In this document: one piece after another, positions 18,244 to 26,765 of the stretch
Layout: each line of letters starts with the position of its first letter
Position numbering within the stretch: the stretch's first letter is position 1
From: Candidatus Heimdallarchaeota archaeon
GTDB taxonomy: Archaea; Asgardarchaeota; Heimdallarchaeia; Hodarchaeales; Hodarchaeaceae
Length of the DNA: 38,827 bases
NCBI GenBank assembly: GCA_048881705.1
Contig: JBHLSH010000032.1
Span: 1 to 38,827 of the forward strand
Direction: 5' to 3'
Notes under the pieces: model-generated
What the model was told of the DNA's origin: nothing
Databases searched by the model: none
The model's input: the letters and a program-made list of their open reading frames with translations, nothing else
Made by a program: the position numbers and the translations under genes

Positions 18244-19209
18244 ATGTCATCCAGTGATTGTTGTAACAAAAGGGCTTTTACTATTAACCCCCAGTCGAAG
18301 AAAGTATACTGTAAGAAACATTTCATGGAGTTTATAGAGAAGCGTGTACAAAAGACAATAAGTAGATATGGCATGCTTGCAAAAGATGACCACGTCGCTC
18401 TCGGATTTTCGGGTGGAAAAGATAGCGCGGTCCTACTCAAGATTCTTCTAAAGTTAAAACGACGCCATCCAAATTGTAAACTGACTGTATTGACCGTCGA
18501 TGAAGGGATAAAGGGGTATAGAGAAGAGTGTCTCGAGCTAACCCAAAAACAAACCGAAGCGTACCTAATTGACCACGTGATTGTATCATTTAAAGATCTT
18601 TATGGAGTAACTCTAGATCAAGTTGTAGCAAAAAGCCATCAGAACAATAACGGGGCCCCCGCCTGTACATACTGTGGCCTTCTAAGACGTCGAGCTCTGA
18701 ACTTAGCCGCTAGGAAAATTGGAGCAACAAAAATTGCCACAGCTCATAATTTGGATGATGAAGCGCAATCTATAGTGATGAATCTCCTCCGTGGGGATGT
18801 TGGAAAATTCATTCGATTTTCTCGCCGATCTTCCTCTGAAGATCCCCCTTTAATTCCGCGTATTCGGCCATTGGTAAGGATTAGTGAGCCAGAGATTGTC
18901 CTTTATGCAATGGCCTCCCAAATCGAGTATCATGATATCCCGTGTCCCTATGCAGCTTCCGCTATGCGAAATGACATAAGAACTTTCCTATCAGAAATGG
19001 AAGCAAAACGGCCTAGTACGCTAATAAATATCGTCAATGCCCATGACGATCTTCTCAAATATTTTCCCATTAGTACTACGGTTTGGAAAGATCCTATTAG
19101 ATGTAAAATTTGTAGGGAGATCTCTTCACAGGATATATGCCCAGTTTGTCAGTTTCGGGAAAAACTAGGGATTAAGGCATCTGGGCATCGGTTTTTCTCT
19201 TATCCCTGA
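18244..19209 (+). CDS. ncsA: tRNA 2-thiolation protein, NcsA/TtuA/Ctu1 family
   Basis: N-terminal Zn site (C..C...C..HF), PP-loop SGGKDS, CTYCGLLRRR.LN, ATAHNLDDEAQS, CPYA, C-terminal CxxC...CxxC. Confidence 0.9.
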   Translation: MSSSDCCNKRAFTINPQSKKVYCKKHFMEFIEKRVQKTISRYGMLAKDDHVALGFSGGKDSAVLLKILLKLKRRHPNCKLTVLTVDEGIKGYREECLELTQKQTEAYLIDHVIVSFKDLYGVTLDQVVAKSHQNNNGAPACTYCGLLRRRALNLAARKIGATKIATAHNLDDEAQSIVMNLLRGDVGKFIRFSRRSSSEDPPLIPRIRPLVRISEPEIVLYAMASQIEYHDIPCPYAASAMRNDIRTFLSEMEAKRPSTLINIVNAHDDLLKYFPISTTVWKDPIRCKICREISSQDICPVCQFREKLGIKASGHRFFSYP

Positions 19210-19241
19210 TCAAGGTGATCTGTATTGATTGACAGATGAAC

Positions 19242-19511
19242 TCAGTCTTCGCCAACGGCGAGATATTTCTGTTCATCTGATATACTTTTGATCACTCGTT
19301 GATTCTTTTTGATTGATTGCACGTGAATAAGTCCTTCAATCTCAAGCTTCATTAAAGCTCGATTTAATTCACGATCAGAAAATTCTCCGACATCATTTCT
19401 TAGAAGCCGAATTAAGTCATCTTCAAGCAGAACCCCTTCTCGACGTTCCACTATTGACATGATGGAGAGCGTCAGAGGAAAAGCATACCAGTTTTTATTA
19501 GATTGACTCAC
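19242..19511 (-). CDS. Small winged-helix protein downstream of cdc48
   Basis: Helix pattern LLEDDLIRLL...SDRELNRALMKLEIEGLIHV plus a beta wing; GTG start 27 nt after the cdc48 stop. Confidence 0.7.
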   Translation of the reverse strand: MSQSNKNWYAFPLTLSIMSIVERREGVLLEDDLIRLLRNDVGEFSDRELNRALMKLEIEGLIHVQSIKKNQRVIKSISDEQKYLAVGED

Positions 19512-19538
19512 TATAATCTACTTCCTTGATCTCTGAAT

Positions 19539-21734
19539 TCAACCAAATAAGGGAATCGTAGGTTGGTCTGTGATGCCCAAGCGTCGTCGAAACTGTGATT
19601 CTTGGGTTTCAAACCACTTCATCATTTCTGGGGTGCAGCTGGAGTGCACTTTTGAAAGCGAAGATTCAAAATGTCGCCATCTTACAATATTAGTTTCTAA
19701 ATCCTCCCTTAACGCTAACATCCCAGCTTCCCGACATACCGCTTCAAGATCAGCCCCTACATAGAATTCAGTTTCTTTGGCCAATCGCTCCAAATCCACA
19801 TCTGTAGCAAGGGGCATTTCTTTGGTATGAATTTCCAGGATCTGTTTTCGACCCTCTTCGTCAGGAGGCGGAATATAAACTACTCGATCAAATCGTCCGG
19901 GTCGTAATAGTGCAGGATCGATCATATCAGGTCTGTTAGTTGCCGCAAGAACCACCACATCTCTTAATGGCTCAATCCCTGCCAGCTCGGTTAACAGTTG
20001 ACTGATAACACGTTCGTTCACCCCTGACGAGTCTCCAGAGCCTCTTCGTGTCGCAACCGCGTCAATTTCATCAAAGAAGATAAGTGCAGGCGCAGCAGTT
20101 CGAGCCTTCCTAAATACTTCACGGACTGCTTTTTCGCTCTCACCTACCCATTTAGAAAGAAGCTCTGGGCCCTTTACACTAATAAAATTAATTTCGCTCT
20201 CTGTTGCAAGCGCTTTTGCGAGCAGGGTTTTGCCTGTTCCAGGAGCCCCAAATAGCAAAACCGCACGTGGGGGGTTAATACCAATCCGTCGGAAACTATC
20301 CTTTTGTTTCAGTGGCCACTCTACGATTTCGATGAGTTCCTGCTTTATTTCGGCCATCCCGCCAATGTTTTCCCATTTGACATTTGGAATCTCAATAAAC
20401 ACTTCCCGAATGGCAGATGGATGGATTTCTTTGAGGGCATTTTCGAAGTGTCTATCTTCAACCTTGAGGTTGTCTAGAACAGACGGGGGAATAGTATCCT
20501 CACTCAAATTGATTTGTGGCAAGATTTCACGGAGTTTTTTCATTGCTGCCTCCCTTCCTAGGGCTGCCAAATCAGCACCTACGAATCCATGAGTTATGAC
20601 CGCGAGTTTCTCTCGGTCTACGTCTTCAATACCGGGCATTCGCCTTGTATGGATTTGGAGGATTTCCAAACGTTCATTCTTATCGGGCACTCCTATCTCA
20701 ATTTCACGATCAAAACGACCTGGTCGGCGTAACGCCGGATCAACAGCATTCGGCCGATTTGTAGCCCCGATCACGATGGTTTCTCCTCGACTTTCCAGGC
20801 CATCCATCAATGCGAGTATTTGAGCCACAACACGGCGCTCAACTTCCCCCGTAACTTCCTCCCGTTTTGGAGCAATGGCATCAATCTCATCAATGAAAAC
20901 TATACTGGGTGCATTATCTTCGGCTTCTTTGAATATTTCACGCAATCTGGCCTCCGATTCTCCATAAAATTTGCTCATAATTTCAGGGCCTTGTATGGGA
21001 ATGAAGTGAGCATCAGACTCATTAGCTACAGCTTTTGCTATGAGTGTTTTTCCCGTGCCAGGAGGCCCATGAAGTAGAACCCCCTTGGGAGGATCGATTC
21101 CAAGTTTTTTAAACAGCTCGGGATGTTTTAAAGGTAATTCCACCATTTCTCGAATCCGTTGGATAGCATCGGAGAGCCCGCCAATGTCCTCATAACTTAC
21201 TCCAGGCATGCCGGTTTCAGTTTCTGAAATTGGTTTTTCAGAGACGTTAAGCTTCGTTGTTTCGGTAATCAATACAATTTCTGTAGGAGTGGTTGAATTG
21301 ACGATAAATGGGATGGAGCGACCAAGAATGGGAATCAGAACGGTATCATTCTTTGAAACTGGATAACCAAGAAGTTTTCTTTTGACAAATGCCTCGAAGC
21401 CGTAGTCTAAAGAGATTTGTCGGGTAGGGGCAATATTAACATTCTTTGCGATCTTAATCTGCGCCTTTCGTATCCAAACATTTTCCTCGAGAGATACCTT
21501 GGCATTTCTCCGGATTATTCCATCCATACGAACGATTCCTGCTCCTTGATCCTCAATATAAGCAGGCCATGCGATGGCACCAGTTTTCTGACGGCCCCGA
21601 ATTTCTACCACGTCACCTGTGGTAATTCCAATCTCCCTCATGTTCATATCGTCCATTCGTATCTTTCCGCGCCCCACATCACGCTGTCTTGCTTCAGCTA
21701 CCTTCAGCATTACTTCATTTGCCACTGTATTCAT
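19539..21734 (-). CDS. cdc48: Cdc48/p97/VAT AAA+ ATPase
   Basis: N-domain L.VAEA...DVGRG, D1 GPPGTGKT and FIDEID, D2 GAPGTGKT and FFDEID, two RPGRFDR motifs. Confidence 0.98.
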   Translation of the reverse strand: MNTVANEVMLKVAEARQRDVGRGKIRMDDMNMREIGITTGDVVEIRGRQKTGAIAWPAYIEDQGAGIVRMDGIIRRNAKVSLEENVWIRKAQIKIAKNVNIAPTRQISLDYGFEAFVKRKLLGYPVSKNDTVLIPILGRSIPFIVNSTTPTEIVLITETTKLNVSEKPISETETGMPGVSYEDIGGLSDAIQRIREMVELPLKHPELFKKLGIDPPKGVLLHGPPGTGKTLIAKAVANESDAHFIPIQGPEIMSKFYGESEARLREIFKEAEDNAPSIVFIDEIDAIAPKREEVTGEVERRVVAQILALMDGLESRGETIVIGATNRPNAVDPALRRPGRFDREIEIGVPDKNERLEILQIHTRRMPGIEDVDREKLAVITHGFVGADLAALGREAAMKKLREILPQINLSEDTIPPSVLDNLKVEDRHFENALKEIHPSAIREVFIEIPNVKWENIGGMAEIKQELIEIVEWPLKQKDSFRRIGINPPRAVLLFGAPGTGKTLLAKALATESEINFISVKGPELLSKWVGESEKAVREVFRKARTAAPALIFFDEIDAVATRRGSGDSSGVNERVISQLLTELAGIEPLRDVVVLAATNRPDMIDPALLRPGRFDRVVYIPPPDEEGRKQILEIHTKEMPLATDVDLERLAKETEFYVGADLEAVCREAGMLALREDLETNIVRWRHFESSLSKVHSSCTPEMMKWFETQESQFRRRLGITDQPTIPLFG

Positions 21735-21933
21735 CCTTTCCTACTGTGAAAGTGGTTTCTAAACTGTCCAAATGAGTGATTGTAGATCCAATTGTTATCG
21801 TTTTTTTTATTGCTTTCGAATCTTGTTGAATAAATGGTTTGGGGAAACTAAATATTCTCTTACCACAACAAATAAAAGGTTAAGTATATTGCCGAAGCTG
21901 AGCGGCTTTTCCATTTTTCTTTAGATGTCCGTG

Positions 21934-22221
21934 CTAGTGATCCATAATAGTCTGTAATTCAATTTCGCAGTTATCCACTTCATTTAATGCAACAAGACGA
22001 TCCTCAAACTGTCTTAGAGCATCGCTTCCTTCTTCAGAATCGGGAGTTTTTATGAAGAGCTTGATAGCGTACAATCCAAAAAATAAAGGTTCTTCCTCCT
22101 TTTTCAGAATCTCCAGATTCAAGTCCTGTTTCAGATCACCTTGGGCACGGGCTAGAATACTGTCTCGGTCGACTTCTGGTGATGTGGGAATTATTTTCAA
22201 GATAGATAGCATATTTGACAT
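21934..22221 (-). CDS. ef1b: Elongation factor aEF-1beta
   Basis: LKIIP.SPEVD, EEEPLFFGLYAIKL, E...V.NCE; probable start ATG 22221 (ORF track extends to 22236). Confidence 0.85.
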   Translation of the reverse strand: MSNMLSILKIIPTSPEVDRDSILARAQGDLKQDLNLEILKKEEEPLFFGLYAIKLFIKTPDSEEGSDALRQFEDRLVALNEVDNCEIELQTIMDH

Positions 22222-22302
22222 CGTAGCATTCCACACATAGTAGTTTATTGTTTGATCTACGTTGGTTGGGACTGTGACAATGCAGTTACTTCTACGCCCG
22301 CC

Positions 22303-22485
22303 CTAGGGCCCTGTGAATCCACAATTCGGACACGTATACCGATTACCCAGCTGACGACAGCGTTCGCACCGGATAATTGGAATCATCCCACAGTTCGGGC
22401 AAGGAAAACGCGTGGTTCCATGTTCACTAGGCATAACCGCGACCTGACATGGATTACAGCGCTGCATACGTATCGTTTCACTCAT
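22303..22485 (-). CDS. Zn-ribbon protein, HVO_2753/DUF1610 family
   Basis: C..C...FPCPNCG...I.RC.RCR..G..Y.CPNCGF.GP; usual position upstream of EF-1beta. Confidence 0.93.
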   Translation of the reverse strand: MSETIRMQRCNPCQVAVMPSEHGTTRFPCPNCGMIPIIRCERCRQLGNRYTCPNCGFTGP

Positions 22486-22699
22486 TGGGGTTACCTCATC
22501 GGTTAATAGCCCGATATGATGACCGAATAATAAATTATTCTCTGACCTACCACGAGTGCCGGTCTTTTCTCGGTCTTTTCTCTATTGATATTCCATGATC
22601 TTGTGATATATGAATTCAAAGAATTTTGGTTTTTATATATCACTACCCTCAATACTAGATGAAAGGTAATCGATTTCATTACTCTACCTAGCTCAGTGT

Positions 22700-23128
22700 G
22701 TGATTATTATGGCGCTTTATGATCAACTTGCCGGCAAACCAGAGGATGAAAATTCATCAATGACCCGTGTCCAACGTATCTTAGATGGACTTGGGGCGGT
22801 CCAAGGAGTAAGAAAAGCTCTTTTGGTAAGTGAAGAAGGATTTCCCATCTTATGTGCCAAAACAAAACCCATTAGCGATGAAGTGGAAACTTTGGCTTCA
22901 GCTATGGTTGCAGGAATTTTTAGTACGTTTTCTAGCGCTTGCATCCAACTTGATCTTGGTACAGAAATCGATTTCATCCATGTTCAAACACCTCAAGGTC
23001 TAGGACTACTTTCTAAGGTTGATAGTGCGATATTAGTTCTAATAACAGAATCAAGCGTGAAGCTCGGTTTGATGCATTATCTTATTACCTCCACACGTAA
23101 GAAAATGCTCAATCTGCGCGATTTTTGA
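22700..23128 (+). CDS. Roadblock/LC7 domain protein
   Basis: GVRKALLVSEEGFPI, LASAM.A.I, G...L..V...ILVL...SVKLGLM; start GTG 22700 or ATG 22709. Confidence 0.88.
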   Translation: MIIMALYDQLAGKPEDENSSMTRVQRILDGLGAVQGVRKALLVSEEGFPILCAKTKPISDEVETLASAMVAGIFSTFSSACIQLDLGTEIDFIHVQTPQGLGLLSKVDSAILVLITESSVKLGLMHYLITSTRKKMLNLRDF

Positions 23129-23288
23129 ACAAAAGGTATTGATTCGAGAATTTCTACTAATATTTCAACCCAATGGGCGTTTTACGAACAATATGAGGCC
23201 CTTTTTCTTATCTGGTCCATTGGCAAGCTGTAAATAGAGAGAGACAATTCCCCAATCATAAGTTGCCAATATATTGGGTGAGTATTAA

Positions 23289-23750
23289 TTGCCATTATCA
23301 GAGACGGATTTGATTTTAGAACCACTAGATTGCAAAAGTGGAGGAAGAGAACCAATCTGCGTTATGGAACCAGATGATGAGTGTTGCAAGGGGATAGCAC
23401 GGGAGGTAATCCCTTTTGAAAATGGGGAAGTAATTCGACACGGGAATTCTGCTGTCGTATCCTTGAAAATCGCAATTAATGATCCTGTTGAGCAGTTTAT
23501 TTTCGACCGTATGCGTACCGAACTGGCTCACAATTCTGATCGTCACCTCACGGTAATGAAAAACGCAGAAGAAGGCTTTGAGATCTCGTTTTTCCTCTCG
23601 CCCGAAATGGTCAAAACTAGGCAAGAACGACAACAACTTATCAAATATTGGTTTGAATTTGCTAGGAATTTACGCAGCGTCCTAACTGACGGAAAAATGG
23701 TGTTCAACAAGTATGTGAGAAGTAGAACAGCCAATATCCAATTCAAATAG
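23289..23750 (+). CDS. ARPC4-like protein (Arp2/3 complex subunit 4 homolog)
   Basis: GNSAVVSL...DPVEQ...EGFEISF...K..FN...R aligns by eye, nearly ungapped, with recalled human ARPC4 (INSVRVSI...DEIEK...EGYDISF...KLSVNARAR). GGGTGA lies 7 nt before the TTG start. Confidence 0.72.
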   Translation: MPLSETDLILEPLDCKSGGREPICVMEPDDECCKGIAREVIPFENGEVIRHGNSAVVSLKIAINDPVEQFIFDRMRTELAHNSDRHLTVMKNAEEGFEISFFLSPEMVKTRQERQQLIKYWFEFARNLRSVLTDGKMVFNKYVRSRTANIQFK

Positions 23751-23883
23751 ATTTTTACTTTATAAAAGATCTAACGAATTCTGTGAAATTAGCCAATCCA
23801 TCCAATTGACTTGTTTGTTTGTATAAAGTGAAAGCGGAAAAGAGAAAAAACGGTAGAGAATAAAAAAGGGGGAAAATCTGTAG

Positions 23884-24351
23884 TTACTGTGGTGTCCATG
23901 TAGCACTTACTGTTTGTGTGTCACCGTCGCCGATTGCATATGTAACCGTTACAGAATAACTCGTTAAGTCATGAATCGGGTCAGCTATGCTATACTCTTG
24001 TATCTTGGATTGCCCACTTGGAATTGTAAAGGACGAAAAAGTGATCGTTACAGCGATATCTGTACCGTTAGTTAGACTAGTTCCCGTAATAGAGATATCG
24101 GAAACTGTTATCGTGCCTGCTGCTGTGTTACTTAGGGGGATGCTCGCTTTATCATAGTGGGGGGTCGCAGTGGTATTGAGAAATTTGAAGGTGCTTGCTA
24201 TCTCCAAACCTCCTCCAGGTGCTGTGATTAGTGGGAGCACTACAACGAATAGAACCGCGCCAGCTGTAATGGCGAGTCCAATCAAGAGAATTGCTGCTAG
24301 AATCGGGCTAACAGCCCGTCGTTTTTTAGTTATCTTTCGAAATAATTTCAT
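23884..24351 (-). CDS. Archaeal type IV pilin-like protein (class III signal peptide)
   Basis: KKRRA|VSPILAAILLIGLAITAGAVLF prepilin motif, then a Ser/Thr-rich beta domain with N-glycosylation sequons; GGAGG upstream. Confidence 0.9.
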   Translation of the reverse strand: MKLFRKITKKRRAVSPILAAILLIGLAITAGAVLFVVVLPLITAPGGGLEIASTFKFLNTTATPHYDKASIPLSNTAAGTITVSDISITGTSLTNGTDIAVTITFSSFTIPSGQSKIQEYSIADPIHDLTSYSVTVTYAIGDGDTQTVSATWTPQ

Positions 24352-24670
24352 TTTTGGTGTTATCCTCCATAGAATCTAACATGAGCGCTGATATAGGGAT
24401 TTTTGTTTTCTCGCACCTAATGGAGCAGATGGAAATATTCAAAATGCTCTACACTAGGATGATGGCTATTTAATTCTATATAAAGGGCCTCAAATGAGTT
24501 GTCAGAAAAGCCCTAATATAACCTCAAGTAGTGAATTTTTAAACTATTTCAATAAATCAACAATTCATATTGAATCTATCAAAGTACCCTATCTTTTCTC
24601 ACTTTTATCAAGACAATAGTTACCAGAGTTTCGAGGAGATTTGGAGTTAACAAGGTTTTTTTAAGATAGA

Positions 24671-25180
24671 CTAGGGAGAGTCCGCAACCAAATTGCTGTG
24701 TTTTTGTAATTTAGCGAGGGTCTCATCTAGAGTCTCGATTAACGTCCTTGTCCGCAAAATATCCATAAAATTCAGATCCCCTCGGTATCGGGGAACAACA
24801 TGCCAATGTATGTGTCGAATACTTCCGCCCGCAGCTTCACCTAGATTAAGTCCTATGTTGAATCCCATTGGATTATGAGTACGATTTAGAAGAAGGATGG
24901 ATCGTTGTAGTATTAACGTGAGACGAGCGATCAAGACTTGTGGTAGGTCGGTGAACTCCTCGAAATGCTTCAATGGTGCGATTAAAAGATGCCCTGGGGT
25001 ATATGGAAATTTATTGAGCAAAATAATTACTTTGTTATCACGGAAGACTTCCCAAGAATCTTCTGAACTCTTTTTTTGGGCGATTTCACAGAGAATACAT
25101 CGATTCGGATCTTTTTTACTTCGTACATAATCAGCTTTCCATGGAACAGCAAGATAGTAGTTAAATAAGGGATCAGACAT
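24671..25180 (-). CDS. HIT family hydrolase (Ap4A phosphorylase-like)
   Basis: PW...Y, CILC, LNKFPYTPGHLLIAP, GFNIGLN.G..AGGSI.HIHWHVVPR; probable start ATG 25180 with GGAGGT upstream. Confidence 0.92.
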   Translation of the reverse strand: MSDPLFNYYLAVPWKADYVRSKKDPNRCILCEIAQKKSSEDSWEVFRDNKVIILLNKFPYTPGHLLIAPLKHFEEFTDLPQVLIARLTLILQRSILLLNRTHNPMGFNIGLNLGEAAGGSIRHIHWHVVPRYRGDLNFMDILRTRTLIETLDETLAKLQKHSNLVADSP

Positions 25181-25271
25181 CCAGTTGACCTCCAATTGAA
25201 GAAAGCTTTTTAGCTCTAGCTTGGAAATAATATGTTGAAGTAAACTGCTGCGGAACCCGGGTAGCGAAATC

Positions 25272-26765
25272 ATGAAGTTGGAAGCAAGAGTCCCGATAAT
25301 TCATGTTATTGTTTTTTTGCTAGTATTTTGGGGAATTCTATTTCCTAGTGTCGGAACGAGTATACTTGCTAGGACAGAGCAAGAATTACCTGATTTAGAA
25401 AGGATTGCCATCTTTTACGGATCCCCGAGCGATAAATCATTGGGTGAAAGCTTGATCGCCGATACTGGGCACCAACCTATATATTATAATATTGAGCAAC
25501 TCTATTACAATAGCTCACTCCTTTTTCAAAATGAGAGCATCGGTGCAATCTGGTGGATTAATGATCTACCTTTGCCAATTAAATTACCCGTAAATATAAT
25601 GACGTGGAAGGAATCGGGAAGAGGAATTTTTATACTTAACCGATTTTTACATACAACGCCTATTCAGATCCTAAACCAGATTGGCATTACCACCACCGCG
25701 CCCGTTGTATATCCACTCGACGGTTCCTATCAAAATCTAAATATTCAGCTTGAAGAAGCTCAAATGTCTTCATTAAACATTAATGCATCCCAAACCAATC
25801 TTGAATTTTCTGGTAGTTCAGCTTGGGTTGAACTCAGTAATCAAACTCAACTCTTGGCGGAAATTCCCAGGCCTGAACTCTTTGAATCAATATTTGACGG
25901 TTTTAAATCAGGGATTTGGATGAATGGACCGCGAGTGGTAATTGGAAGCTTCGCTCTCGAAATCCAAGAGAGTTCCATTGAATCGAGCTTTTTTCCCCTG
26001 AATTCAAACAGCAGGGATACTGTTCCGGAAATAGTTTCAGTATTACGACAGACGGCACTCTTAACGATGATGGCTTCCTCCAATGGCAATAATGCTTTGA
26101 TAGAGTTTGGTGGACTGGAACAGCTTGCTGGACTGGCAATCCTTGGTGTAGGAGTCAGCCTCGGTTTTGTTTTATTGGTACAAACTGGAATCATGTCGAA
26201 GAGTCGTGATGTTATTGCTGGAGCGCTTTTAGGAACATTTTTCTTCATTGCCCATGTAACCTACTCGCCTCAACGTCGAAGGATGACTGAAGACGAATTA
26301 CTAGATAATGACCTCAGAGCACAAATAATGGAGTACCTAGAGGAGAAAGGGGAACAAGGAGCCCATTTACGGGAGATTCAGAGAGAAATCGGGTGTGGTA
26401 TTTCATCACTGCTTTGGCACCTCCAGGCTTTGGATGATTTTAACTTCGTCACTCATGAGAAGGTTGGACGTTATCACATCTTCTACATTATCGGAGAAAA
26501 GTCGACTCAAACCTCGGAATTGGCTTTAGCATTGAAAAGTAATCTTTCAAGAGAGCTTTGTCGCGCCTTAATGGAAAAACGTAAGCCAATGTCATTATCA
26601 CAGCTTTCGAACGAGATTAATGCCCATCATTCAAGCGTACAACATCACATAAGGAAATTGTCAGAGTTAGGGGTCATTATTATAATAAAGGATCAGAAAA
26701 GATTCTCATATGCAATTGGATCAAAGCACCTAACGTGGTTAAAGGATTATTTGGAGGTGAGCTAG
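25272..26765 (+). CDS. Membrane-anchored regulator: signal peptide, ~270-aa exported domain, hydrophobic segment(s), tandem winged-helix domains
   Basis: Hydrophobic N-terminus; LAGLAILGVGVSLGFVLLV; HTH1 LLDNDLRAQIMEYL...HLREIQREIGCGISSLLWHLQAL; HTH2 LSQLSNEINAHHSSVQHHIRKLSELGVI. Confidence 0.8.
   Translation: MKLEARVPIIHVIVFLLVFWGILFPSVGTSILARTEQELPDLERIAIFYGSPSDKSLGESLIADTGHQPIYYNIEQLYYNSSLLFQNESIGAIWWINDLPLPIKLPVNIMTWKESGRGIFILNRFLHTTPIQILNQIGITTTAPVVYPLDGSYQNLNIQLEEAQMSSLNINASQTNLEFSGSSAWVELSNQTQLLAEIPRPELFESIFDGFKSGIWMNGPRVVIGSFALEIQESSIESSFFPLNSNSRDTVPEIVSVLRQTALLTMMASSNGNNALIEFGGLEQLAGLAILGVGVSLGFVLLVQTGIMSKSRDVIAGALLGTFFFIAHVTYSPQRRRMTEDELLDNDLRAQIMEYLEEKGEQGAHLREIQREIGCGISSLLWHLQALDDFNFVTHEKVGRYHIFYIIGEKSTQTSELALALKSNLSRELCRALMEKRKPMSLSQLSNEINAHHSSVQHHIRKLSELGVIIIIKDQKRFSYAIGSKHLTWLKDYLEVS
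26753..26760 (+). promoter_or_regulatory. Shine-Dalgarno-like GGAGGTGA
   Basis: Full archaeal SD sequence, 5 nt upstream of the ATA codon at 26766 that opens the next reading frame. Confidence 0.55.

Noticed and set aside
23884-24351. Archaellin/archaellum locus
   Set aside because: No arl accessory genes nearby; the short globular domain fits a pilin better.
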